From the NCBI GenBank assembly GCA_016875875.1, contig VGOP01000006.1:6203-70202 (forward strand): a DNA stretch of 64,000 bases, given 5' to 3'. The position numbers were made by a program, and so were the translations under genes. The stretch's first letter is position 1. Each line of letters starts with the position of its first letter. Shown here piece by piece: positions 28,701-38,200 of the stretch. The notes under the pieces are model-generated. The model was not told where the DNA came from and did no database searches. It saw nothing but the letters and a program-made list of their open reading frames with translations. This stretch comes from Chloroflexota bacterium. GTDB taxonomy: Bacteria; Chloroflexota; Dehalococcoidia; GIF9; UBA5629.

Positions 28701-30889
28701 TTGGGGGAAACATATTCTCCTCGTTTCCTCTTCTCTTTCCTTTCCCTGTGCTCCTCATAGCTCTCAGGAGTGTAACGCTGTCTTCTAGGCACGGCTTCCA
28801 GTTCCTCAAGACTACTGTAGCCATAGATATCGAGCAAAGCCTGGTTGGCGTAAAGCGTCTTTCCATCTTCACTGACAATGCGTATGCCCAAAGGCGAGTT
28901 TTCTATTGAGTCGCGGAAGTTCTGCTCTGAGAGGCGTAGAGATTCTTCAGCCCGCTTGCGCTCAGTAATGTCCAACACTGTGAATGTAACACCTCGGCCA
29001 GGGTCTGCGGGGTCCATGGGCGCGCTGCTCAGGATGACATCGATTACCGTTCCGTCTTTATGCCTGAAACGCGTCTCCACCGTACCGGCTCCCCACTCAG
29101 CGATCTGGCGATACTTTTCCCTCCCAACAAACTCATAGTCCGCATCACTTGCATAAACCATCCGCGCAGACTTGTTAATGAGCTCGTCGCTGGTGTAGCC
29201 GGTCATCTCACAGAATCGCTGATTAACTTCCATCAGCACGCGGTTAACCACCACACCAATACCTATCGGTGCGGCGCGGAAGATGCTCCGCAGCATCTCC
29301 TCTGCCCGCTTGCGCTCGGTGATGTCACGGACAACAGCTTGCATTGCCGGCTTGCCCTGGTAAAACAGAGGAGCTGCCCTCACCTCAACATCAACCTCTG
29401 TGCCATCGAGCTGGACGAATTTTTCTTCGAGAGCGGGAGCCACTATTCCTGTTTCCATTGACTTTCGCATTCGCTCGGCGACAATTTCACAATAGTCCGG
29501 GTGGATTACGTCCATCACTGGTTTGCCGATGATTTGGTCGGGGCTTGATGCGCCAAACAACTTCAATCCGGCACTATTTACGAAGACATGCTTGCCTTCG
29601 CTGGCAACAAAAATGGCCTCGGGAGATAGCTCTACCAGAAAGCGATACCGCTCCTCGCTCTCTCTCAATGCATCCTCCACCTGCTTGCGTTCGGTGATAT
29701 CTCTCTGCATCGAGATAGAGTGGAGCAGCTTCCCCCCTGCATCCCTGACGGCATGAGCGCTTAACAGGACAGTTCGCTCTGCACCTTCTTTGGTGATTAT
29801 GCTTAATTCCTCGTTTTCGAGCTTTCCAGCTTCCTTCCACTTTGCAAATAATCTTCTGGCCTTTGGGCGAGAGCCAGGCACATAGACCATGTCAATAAGC
29901 GGTTTTCCGATGACCTCTTCTTTTGTATAACCAAGCGTCTCCAGGGCAACTTCGTTTATATCCAGAATTTCGCCATCTGGCGAAACTATATAGCAGTACA
30001 CAGGGGCGTCTTCGAAGAATGTCCTGAACCTCTCTTCACTCCTCCGTAGTTCCTCCCCAGCCCGCTTGCGCTCGGTGATGTCCTGACATATCGTCTGAAT
30101 GAACTCCCTATCCCCAATAGTGGTCAGCCTGGCACTCAGAAGAACATCGTAGGGAGTGCCATCTTTACGCCTGAGTTGCGTCGGATAATCAACAACACCA
30201 CCATGTTGCCTGACTTCTTGCAACAACGCCTGTCTATCTGCCTTATTAACATACGTATCAGCCAGATTAATCTTAGTGAACTCCTCAGCCGAGTAGCCGG
30301 TGATGGTCTCCATGGCCTTATTAAGGCTTATCACCTTACCATCAGTCGAGGCAAAACCGATTCCAAACGGGGCATTATCGAATACATGGCGGTACCATAG
30401 CTCACTTTCCTCTAGTGCCTCTTCCAACTTTTTGCGCTCGGTGATATCCTTAACATAAACACAAAGGCCGTCCTTCGTGGGATAAGCACTGATATCAAAA
30501 ACGAAATCTCTGCCACCAATAGCAAAGTTATTAATGAAATGTTGCGCCTCTTTCGTTTTCATCGCCCGTCGGTACGCATCCGCAGCTATTCTGGTGGCTT
30601 CGTCATCCGGGAAAATGTCAGTGAGACGTTTACCCAGCGCGTCTTTAGCTGAGATGCCAGTAAGTTCTTCGCTGGCTTTGTTCCAATACGTGTACCTCAG
30701 CTTTTCGTCCATGGCGAAAAAGACATCGGTGATGCTTTCGGCAATTTCCTTGTATTTCGCCTCGCTTTCCCTCAAAGCTTCTGCCATCTTCTTGCGCTCG
30801 GCTGCTGAGACCTCCAGTTCGGCAATCCGCCGGCGCAATTGCCCCAGCTCATCGATGAGCTGCTCTTTGGTCTTTTTCACGTCCTTCAT
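25682..30889 (-). CDS. Cytoplasmic hybrid histidine kinase (9 PAS, 1 GAF, HisKA, HATPase, receiver)
   Basis: Nine DI(T/S)xR PAS ends, AHEINNPL, DPFFTT/GTGLGL, ILVVDDE..DIKLP; no TM segment. Confidence 0.93.
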   Translation of the reverse strand: MKDVKKTKEQLIDELGQLRRRIAELEVSAAERKKMAEALRESEAKYKEIAESITDVFFAMDEKLRYTYWNKASEELTGISAKDALGKRLTDIFPDDEATRIAADAYRRAMKTKEAQHFINNFAIGGRDFVFDISAYPTKDGLCVYVKDITERKKLEEALEESELWYRHVFDNAPFGIGFASTDGKVISLNKAMETITGYSAEEFTKINLADTYVNKADRQALLQEVRQHGGVVDYPTQLRRKDGTPYDVLLSARLTTIGDREFIQTICQDITERKRAGEELRRSEERFRTFFEDAPVYCYIVSPDGEILDINEVALETLGYTKEEVIGKPLIDMVYVPGSRPKARRLFAKWKEAGKLENEELSIITKEGAERTVLLSAHAVRDAGGKLLHSISMQRDITERKQVEDALRESEERYRFLVELSPEAIFVASEGKHVFVNSAGLKLFGASSPDQIIGKPVMDVIHPDYCEIVAERMRKSMETGIVAPALEEKFVQLDGTEVDVEVRAAPLFYQGKPAMQAVVRDITERKRAEEMLRSIFRAAPIGIGVVVNRVLMEVNQRFCEMTGYTSDELINKSARMVYASDADYEFVGREKYRQIAEWGAGTVETRFRHKDGTVIDVILSSAPMDPADPGRGVTFTVLDITERKRAEESLRLSEQNFRDSIENSPLGIRIVSEDGKTLYANQALLDIYGYSSLEELEAVPRRQRYTPESYEEHRERKEKRKRGEYVSPNYEISTVRKDGQVRNLLVSRGKVLWDGEKQFQVIYQDITERKQAEQMLRQSEEHFRALIENSLDVVAIIDSLGTVKYQSPNYKNIWGRDPIDEIGSDIFKNVHPDDIALIGERFDYILRNPEDTVNMEVRGQHGDGSWRIVDVVGRNLLEHPAIRGIVVNSRDITVRKQAEEKAARLGRLYAVLGSTNEAVVRIHEVEKLCQEICRIAVDDGGFRMVWVGLVDLDTHVVKPVAYHGFEDRYLKRVKISIDDVPDGRGPTGTAIREGRYDICNDWEQDPRMHPWRVEAAKRGYRSSASFPLRLGAKVIGALSFYAAETNFFTEQEATLLDRMAANVSFGIESIEREKQRKKFEEQLQQEKDRAQRYLDVAGVMFIANDADGRVSLINRKGCQILGYKQEEIIGKNWFDTLIPERVRDEVKAVFNKLMAGEVEPVEYFENPVLNRNGGERIIAWHNVILKDAVGKIIGTLSSGEDITEREKAEEALRASEVRYRLLAENVRDVIWAMDMDLRFIYVSPSVKYLGGRTAEEVMSMSIGQLLTLSSQELAMKTFAEELVMANVTPLDPTRSRTLEVEILRRDGSTLWVELKMNFMRDPAGRAIGILGVMRDISERKKAEEERREFEQKAQLASRLASVGEMAAGIAHEINNPLTGVIGYSELLMQEDVPEHIRSDLEVIHDGAKRVAGIVKGLLTFARQTRPERTVVDINQVIEVVLRLRAYELGTSNIKVTTKLVSDLPLTFADPGQLQQVFLNLIINAEMEMKLARGKGKLIIKTEQLGNAIRISFKDDGLGIAEENLDRIFDPFFTTREIGKGTGLGLSICHGIVTEHGGRIWAESKLDKGATFIVELPIVTEEKRPRQVKPAREPKKAAKGKILVVDDEPVVRRLLSQVLTEEGHEVEATDDGKDALNRIKSNRYNLILLDIKLPGMSGSELYERIKEIAESLAQRVVFITGDVIGVDTEAFIARTGVPYIHKPFDVKKLSTEIKRLLATPRPKGTAKSKIRSPKS

Positions 30890-31007
30890 CTCCCACCTCC
30901 TAAAAATAGATTGGCGTTATTCGTGGTTACAATAGGAAACCTTGTTATACACCTCATTTCTACTATGTTCCACACAATATGTCAAGTCAAGGAGGGTAAA
31001 CGACCAT

Positions 31008-31032
31008 GAGATTGCTTCGCTTCGCTCGCAAT
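31008..31032. repeat. Truncated solo arm of the CTCGCAATGAC repeat
   Basis: GAGATTGCTTCGCTTCGCTCGCAAT, nearly identical to 25646-25670. Confidence 0.75.
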
Positions 31033-31093
31033 CCCATTTTAAGTTCCCCCTTTGACAAAAAGGGATTAAGGTGAAGGAACCTTCATACAAAAC

Positions 31094-31122
31094 TTGACAA
31101 ATCCCAAGCAAACACTTACAAT
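31094..31122 (+). promoter_or_regulatory. Sigma70 promoter of the T-box/trpB2 transcript
   Basis: TTGACA (31094-31099), 17 bp, TACAAT (31117-31122). Confidence 0.8.
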
Positions 31123-31142
31123 ACCTCCCAATCTAATACGGC

Positions 31143-31426
31143 AAAGGCTGTGAACAGGACTAGTAGGTCTTTAAGCGAGGCTACAGAGAGTCAGAGCAGG
31201 TGAAAGCTGACGCCGGCGCAAAAGGTGAATGGACCTGGGAGCCGCAAACCGAAAGGTTGGTCTAACTAACACGAGTAGGCTTTGACGCAAAGGGTAGCGT
31301 TATCATAACCCGGGGTATCGCCCAAGCAATTTAGGGCCGTACCTGAATGAGATGGTCGCTAGACCAACAAGGGTGGCACCGCGAAGTTAAGCCTCTCGCC
31401 CCTTAGGCGAGAGGCTTTCTGTTTTT
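31143..31426 (+). ncRNA. T-box riboswitch, Trp-specific
   Basis: AGTA, AGAGA and GGTGAAA stem I motifs; specifier GAA-TGG (TGG 31230-31232); T-box AAGGGTGGCACCGCG (31369-31383); terminator 31389-31417 plus T-rich tail. Confidence 0.92.
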
Positions 31427-31452
31427 AAAGAGCTTACGAAGGAGGTTTAGGA

Positions 31453-31482
31453 ATGACACCAATATCGTGGATATGGCCCTAG
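31453..31482 (+). CDS. Putative leader peptide MTPISWIWP
   Basis: AGGAGG upstream, ATG 31453, two TGG codons, TAG 31480-31482; sits between the T-box terminator and trpB2. Confidence 0.55.
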   Translation: MTPISWIWP

Positions 31483-31556
31483 AGGGCCGAGGACAAGTTT
31501 TTAATCAGCCCAAACGCGCTTCTCTATTGCCCAAAAAACTTTAAAAGGAGGAAAAA

Positions 31557-32930
31557 ATGAAAGGAAAAGAAACCAAAATCTTATTAACCGAAAAGGAAAT
31601 GCCGACATCGTGGTACAATATCTTGCCTGACCTGCCCAAGCCATTACCCCCACTGTTGCACCCGGGCACCAAGGAGCCTACAATCCTGCCTCCCCCACTT
31701 TTCCCGAAGGGTTTACAAGACCAGGAGTTCAGCAAAGAGCACTCTATAGAAATCCCCGATGAGGTGCTGGATATCTACAAGCTGTGGCGGCCAACTCCCA
31801 TAATCCGAGCTTATCGCCTGGAGAAAGCGCTGGATACACCAGCTAAAATCTTCTATAAATACGAGGGGGTAAGTCCGGCTGGCAGTCATAAGCTAAACAC
31901 TGCTGTGGCCCAAGCCTACTATGGCAAGAAAGATGGCATCAAGCGCTTCGCTACTGAGACCGGCGCTGGCCAGTGGGGCAGCGCTCTAGCGCTGGGCTGC
32001 GCTTTCTTTGGCCTGGAGCTCAAGGTTTATATGGTCAAGGTGAGCTATAACCAGAAGCCGTACCGTCGTATACTGATGGAGACCTGGGGGGCTAAATGTG
32101 TACCCAGCCCCAGTAAGGACACTGAAATAGGGCGCAAAATCCTGGCTGAAGACCCCAATTCGCCAGGGAGCTTAGCCATCGCCATTAGCGAGGCTATAGA
32201 GGACGCTTTTGGCCGCGAAGATACCTACTACTCCATAGGCAGCGTCATCAACTCCGTTTTGCTACACCAGACCATAATCGGGCAAGAAGCCAAGAAGCAG
32301 ATGGAGAAAGCAGACGTTTATCCTGATATCATCGTCGGCTGTATCGGTGGCGGTAGCAACTTCGCCGGTATGTTCCTGCCCTTCGTCAAGGATAAAATCG
32401 AAGGCAAGCAGCCAAAACTGCGCATCATAAACGTGGAACCGACGGCTTGCCCCAGCGTGACCAAAGGGCCTTATACCTGGGACTTCGGTGATGTATGCGG
32501 AATGGCGCCAATTGCAAAAATGTACACCCTAGGCCATACCTTCATACCACCGGGGATTCATGCCGGCGGGCTTCGCTATCACGGCATGGCACCGATAATC
32601 TGCCACCTCCACAAGCTAGGATTTGTCGAAGCTAAGGCAGTACCCCAGGTGGCAACCTTCCAGGCTGGTGTGCAGTTTGCCAGAACTGAGGGCATCATAC
32701 CAGCGCCAGAACCGAACCATGGCATCAGGGTAGCCATAGATGAGGCCCTGGCTTGCAAGAAGTCTGGTGAGTCCAAGACCATACTCATCGCCCTGAGCGG
32801 ACATGGTCACTTTGACCTAGCGGCTTATGACGAGTTTCTCACCGGAAAGCTGCAGGATTACGACTATCCCGAGGAAAAGGTAAAGGAAGCCTTAGCCCAC
32901 CTGCCCAAGGTAGAGTACGTAGAAGCATAG
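31557..32930 (+). CDS. trpB: Tryptophan synthase beta chain, type 2 (TrpB2)
   Basis: [47 protein letters not shown]. Confidence 0.93.
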   Translation: MKGKETKILLTEKEMPTSWYNILPDLPKPLPPLLHPGTKEPTILPPPLFPKGLQDQEFSKEHSIEIPDEVLDIYKLWRPTPIIRAYRLEKALDTPAKIFYKYEGVSPAGSHKLNTAVAQAYYGKKDGIKRFATETGAGQWGSALALGCAFFGLELKVYMVKVSYNQKPYRRILMETWGAKCVPSPSKDTEIGRKILAEDPNSPGSLAIAISEAIEDAFGREDTYYSIGSVINSVLLHQTIIGQEAKKQMEKADVYPDIIVGCIGGGSNFAGMFLPFVKDKIEGKQPKLRIINVEPTACPSVTKGPYTWDFGDVCGMAPIAKMYTLGHTFIPPGIHAGGLRYHGMAPIICHLHKLGFVEAKAVPQVATFQAGVQFARTEGIIPAPEPNHGIRVAIDEALACKKSGESKTILIALSGHGHFDLAAYDEFLTGKLQDYDYPEEKVKEALAHLPKVEYVEA

Positions 32931-32948
32931 CATACTTCTAAAGAATTG

Positions 32949-32996
32949 TTCACATCTCCCCCTCCTCCAATCCTCACTGGTGGAGGGAGATGTGAA
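32949..32996. terminator. Hairpin between convergent genes
   Basis: TTCACATCTCCC...GGGAGATGTGAA inverted repeat. Confidence 0.5.
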
Positions 32997-33085
32997 TCCA
33001 AAATTCTAAATCCTAAGCACCAAATCACAAATAAATTCAAATATCTAAACTCAAAATTTCAATTTGGTTAGGATTCTGAATTTGG
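32994..33085. repeat. Degenerate heptamer array (AAATYNN-like) with a short inverted part
   Basis: AAATTCT AAATCCT AAGCACC AAATCAC ... AAATTTC, then AGGATTC TGAATTT; same units as at 25473 and 25676. Confidence 0.75.
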
Positions 33086-33109
33086 CGGGGACGTGATAAG
33101 GGTGCTGGG

Positions 33110-33883
33110 CTAGAGGGTGATCTTCATATCTTCGTAGCCAATATCTATACCGATTCCCAACTGTTGAGCTATCTCTTTAACTTCCTGCTCAACTTCCTTC
33201 TGAAACTGGGGCGGAATATGAATAACGACAACACGCGGTAAATATCCCTTCGTTTCACGGAACTGTATAAGTTCGTCTTTGAGAAGCCCGGCTGACAGAT
33301 GTCCGACGCTTCTAAGAAAGTCTTGAGTCTTGTTGATGCCGGAGACCTCAATCATGAGCAACTGTGGCGATACGTGCTGCCAACAAGCTGCCAACCCCGG
33401 CCCGGTATCACCAGTGTAGAACAAGCTTTTGCCATTCTTAAATGTGACCTGAAATCCGAGGGAAGGCACTGCATGCTGTACTGGTACAGGCAACACATCA
33501 TAGCCCTGAATATTCTGCCCCTGAAACGGCTCAATAACCTTCAGCCTGAGAAAAGGTTTCTCCTTAGATGGCCATTTAGAAAAGTCGGCGTACATCTTGC
33601 CGTCGAGAAGACAGGAATTAACGATGTCTAGAGTATGGCTCAAGGCATAGATATCGACCGACGACAGGAACGTAGCACCGTTAGCTCCCAGAGTGACCAA
33701 ATCCCGGCTATGATCGAAGTGATGATGAGTAAGTAGAACCGCCCTCACCTTCTGCTGTTCTGACAGCGAGAGGCTCGAGGTAAGACCACCAGCATCCAAA
33801 GCTAAGATACCGTCGATGAGAAAGGATACCATCCGCTGTCCTTCAGCCTCACTACTATGAGCACCCAGAATTCGTACCTCCAT
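33110..33883 (-). CDS. Metallo-beta-lactamase-fold hydrolase (class II phosphodiesterase-like)
   Basis: LDAG, THHHFDH, HAVP, YTGDTG, GHL; GGAGG before ATG 33883. Confidence 0.85.
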   Translation of the reverse strand: MEVRILGAHSSEAEGQRMVSFLIDGILALDAGGLTSSLSLSEQQKVRAVLLTHHHFDHSRDLVTLGANGATFLSSVDIYALSHTLDIVNSCLLDGKMYADFSKWPSKEKPFLRLKVIEPFQGQNIQGYDVLPVPVQHAVPSLGFQVTFKNGKSLFYTGDTGPGLAACWQHVSPQLLMIEVSGINKTQDFLRSVGHLSAGLLKDELIQFRETKGYLPRVVVIHIPPQFQKEVEQEVKEIAQQLGIGIDIGYEDMKITL

Positions 33884-34062
33884 TTTTCGCGCCTCCGACT
33901 TACAGATTTGCCTTGAGCCCGAGCAACTGTTGCACAGGTCTATTAACTTGTTAGCCAACCACACATTATGACCAAGCCAGCTATAAGAATCAAGTTTGTT
34001 TTTGCCACAAATAAAGCTCTGTGATAAAATTTGGCACACTTTCAATCGCAGGGAGACTATGA

Positions 34063-35190
34063 ATGAAATATATCCTTATTGCCCTTTTGGTGTTAAGCTT
34101 GGTAATAAGCACAGCCGGTTGCTTAGTGCCTCTGCCCATCAATCCAGCACCATCAACACCGAAGGCTGAACCGCCGGCCACTTACACACCCGGGCCACCA
34201 ATAGACACCGGTTGGACACCACCTAGCACAACAACCGAGGCTCCAACACTGCCCAGCATTGCCGACGTAGTAGAGGAAGTTTACCCGTCGGTGGTAGCCA
34301 TAAGCACTGAAGTCGTGACTCTGGATATCTTCCGCACGCCACAGACGCAGAAAGGCGCTGGTTCAGGCTGGATTATAGACAAAGACGGCATCATCGTGAC
34401 CAATAACCATGTGGTCGAAGGAGCCAAGAAGGTAACAGTAGAATTGAGCGATGGCAGAACCTTTGAGGCAACCCCCAAAAACGTACATACAGACCAGTTA
34501 ACAGACCTAGCAGTCATTAAAATCGATGCTACCAACCTTCCAGCCGCCAGTGTGGGCGCCTCTACACGGCTCAGAGTTGGAGATTGGGTAGTAGCCATCG
34601 GCAATCCCCTAGGCCAGGGAATAAGAGCTAAAGAAGGCACTGTCAGTGGCCTGAAAGTGTCTTTAGATGTAGACCAAGGTCAGACTCTGGATGACCTTAT
34701 TGAAACCTCGGCGGCCATTAACCCAGGTAACAGCGGCGGGCCTTTGGTTAATATGAAGGGAGAGGTCATCGGCATCACCAGCGCCAAAATCGCTGCAGTT
34801 GGAGTTGAAGGCCTAGGATATGCCATAAGCACCAAAGCTGCCATACCAATCATTGAGCAGTTGATCAAACAGGGTTACGTGACCCGTCCCTGGCTTGGAG
34901 TCACCCTGTATACCGTTGACCAATATGTCGCCATGGTAAACCGTTTACCCGTCAGCAAAGGCGTGGTTGTTGCCTATGTAAAGCCAGGCAGTCCAGCAGC
35001 AAAGGCAGGTTTGCAACAGCTTGATGTAATCATTCGCTTCAAAGACAAAGAGGTAACTACGGCTGAGGAACTAATAAGCGCCATACACGATTCAAAAGTT
35101 GGAGATGAAGTCGAGATAACCTTCGTCAGAGGTCAAGATACAAATACAACCTCTGCCCACTTGATACAAAGTCCGTCACCGGGCAGCTAG
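34063..35190 (+). CDS. htrA: HtrA/DegP-family serine protease with PDZ domain, probable lipoprotein
   Basis: TNNHVV, DLAVIK, INPGNSGGPL, C-terminal PDZ, TAGC lipobox. Confidence 0.93.
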   Translation: MKYILIALLVLSLVISTAGCLVPLPINPAPSTPKAEPPATYTPGPPIDTGWTPPSTTTEAPTLPSIADVVEEVYPSVVAISTEVVTLDIFRTPQTQKGAGSGWIIDKDGIIVTNNHVVEGAKKVTVELSDGRTFEATPKNVHTDQLTDLAVIKIDATNLPAASVGASTRLRVGDWVVAIGNPLGQGIRAKEGTVSGLKVSLDVDQGQTLDDLIETSAAINPGNSGGPLVNMKGEVIGITSAKIAAVGVEGLGYAISTKAAIPIIEQLIKQGYVTRPWLGVTLYTVDQYVAMVNRLPVSKGVVVAYVKPGSPAAKAGLQQLDVIIRFKDKEVTTAEELISAIHDSKVGDEVEITFVRGQDTNTTSAHLIQSPSPGS

Positions 35191-35215
35191 AACGACTAAC
35201 TCCTACAACAGCCTC

Positions 35216-38200
35216 TCAAGCTGCTTTTTCGACGCCGAGTAAGATTTCGTAATTGGAAATACGAAACTTCTCAGTATAACTTCCGCTGGGAGGTACTGAT
35301 GAAATCAGCTCCCGGGACAACGTTTCCTGCTTAATATAGTCGGCAAATTTGGTCATAACCAGTTGAATTGAATCACCGCCTTCATAATAGGTGAAGATAT
35401 GGTCGGCAATATCCAGACCCGCTGAGCGGCGCATGGTCTGTAAACGCCGTACCACCTCACGGGCGATCCCCTCAGCTTCTAACTCTGGCGACAATTCAGT
35501 AGCTACTGCCACCCAGTAGTCCCCCTCCACAGCAGAAACATAACCAGACTTATCAGCAAGCTCTTCTCCACCATAAAATTCCACTTCTTTTACATTGAGT
35601 TCGTCTAATATCTGATAGGTTAGCTTTTGCAGAGCCTTCTTTTCGCTGGCTGACCCTACCTTAACCAATGCCTTGGACAGAGGCTGGCGCACTTTTATGC
35701 CAGCTTTAGCCCTAGCAGCACGTCCGAGACTACATGCCGTCATGGCCAAGCGTGTAGCTTCAACGAGTTTTTCATCTACCTGAGACGGGTCAGCGACAGG
35801 AAAATCAGCCAGATGCACGCTTTCCACAGCTTCAGGTTCAACCGAGCAAACCAGATTCCTGTAAATCTCTTCAGCGACAAACGGTGTAAAAGGAGCCAGA
35901 AGTTTGGACAAGGTGACCAAACAGTGATATAGCGTCGAATAAGCAGCCAGCTTATCTGCATCGCTCTGACTTTTCCAGAAACGGCGACGGCTCCGCCTCA
36001 CATACCAGTTGGAAAGCTCGCCAACAAAGGTCTCAAGCTTCCGTCCGGCTGACGTAGGGTCGTAATTATCCAAAGCTCCATCTACATCAGCTATAAGCTG
36101 ATTGAGCCTGGAAAGAATCCATCTGTCTAAGTCGGAAAGCGATGATGTACCTGCTGCTTTGGGATCAAAGCGGTCAATATTGGCATAGATAGCAAAAAAG
36201 GAGTAGGTATTCCAGAGGGTAAGCAGAAAATTGCGCAACGCTTCGGCCACGGTGTCACTGGAAAAGCGGCGGACATTGCCCGCCGGGGCAGCCGTAAATA
36301 AATACCAGCGTAAAGCATCAGCCCCATAGCTATCAAGCACCGACCACGGGTCAACCACATTGCCCTTGGCCTTGCTCATCTTTTCACCCTCGGCATCGAG
36401 GATATGCCCCAGGCAGATAACATTCTTAAAGCAAGGTCGGTCAAAAAGCAGGGTGGATATGGCATGCAAGCTGTAAAACCAGCCGCGAGTCTGGTCAACC
36501 GCTTCAGAAATGTAGTCGGCAGGGAAACTCAGGTCAAAAACATTCTGATCTTCGAAAGGATAATGCCACTGGGCAAAAGGCATAGCCCCCGAGTCAAACC
36601 AACAATCAATCACCTCAGTTTGCCGCTTCATCTTACCGTCACACTTGAAGCAGGAGAAAGTAATGTCATCAACAAAAGGACGATGCAGGTCTAATGGCTC
36701 AACCAGGCCTTCGAGATCCGGCTTCGCCTTCAATTCCTCGAGGCTACCAATACACTCATAACTGTCGCATTTGGAACAACCCCAGATGTTCAATGGTGTG
36801 CCCCAATAGCGCTCCCTAGAGAAAGCCCAGTCAACGTTATTCTCCAACCAATCACCGAAGCGACCATATTTGATATGCTCAGGATACCAGTTGATCTTGT
36901 TATTACCAGAAAGAAGCGCATCCTTCTTGGCCGAAGTCCTGATGTACCAGGTTCTTTTGGCATAGTACAGGAGTGGCGCCTCACAACGCCAGCAAAACGG
37001 ATAAGTGTGTGTTATTTGCTCGCTGCGGTAAAGCAACCCTCTCGATTTGAGGTCTTCAAGGACAAGAGGGTCGGCATCTTTGACGAATTTTCCTGCAAAA
37101 GGATAAGTGCCAATTACATTGCCATTCAAATCTACAGGTTGGACAAAGTCGAGATCATTATCTTCTCCCGCTTCAAAGTCAACTTCACCGAAGGCCGGAG
37201 CAATATGGACAACGCCAGTGCCATCTTCCATAGAGACAAAATCATCCGCTATAACCGGGTAGTTAAAAAGGTCAAGTTGTTTCCATTTGATATTAGATGA
37301 AGGTTCCCCATCCGTTTCCTTCACATCCATTCTGCCTATAGTTACTCCAAAGTCCCACGGGTTGAATAGTGGTTCATATCTCAGATCAATCAAGTCACTT
37401 CCCCTGACCTTAGCAACAATAGGAACATTACCCAGCCCTAACTGCTCTAAACGGGCGCAAGCCAAAATGAGATACTCGTTATCAATTTCCACAAACGCAT
37501 ATTCTGCATCATCAGCAACCGCAAGTGCAGTGTTGCCAGGCAGTGTCCAGGGAGTAGTCGTCCATGCCAGCAAGTAAACAGGCCTATCCCCGGTAAGATC
37601 AAGAAGCCACTTCACAAAATCGGCTTCCCTATCGCCATAACCCTTTCGTAGCCGGTCGATAAACCCCGTGCTTCTATACAGTGATTTTGCAACCTTGAAC
37701 TTTATGTAAACTGAAGGGTCCTCAGCATCATCTCTATAGCCCAGAGCCACCTCATGAGAGCTAAGCGATGTGCCACATCTAGGACAATGTGGAGTAACCC
37801 TGTAGCCTTGGTAAATCAAGCCTTTATCCCACAATTGCTTCAGTGCCCACCAGCAAGATTCAATATAGGTATTTTCGAGGGTTCTATAAGCGTGCTCTAA
37901 ATCAAGCCAGAAGCCGATACGCTCAGTCATAGCTTCCCATTCTTTAAGATAGCTGAACACGCTCTCTCGGCAAAGCGTATTGAATTTAGCCACTCCATAT
38001 TCTTCAATCTGGGCTTTGCCAGAAAAACCCAGCATCTTCTCTATCTCTAGCTCCACCGGAAGCCCATGAGTGTCCCAACCTCCCTTACGCGGAGCATAGT
38101 AGCCCTTCATTGTCTTGTATCGGGGAATGATGTCCTTGAACACTCGCGACAGCACATGATGGATTCCCGGGCTGCCATTGGCTGTCGGTGGTCCCTCATA

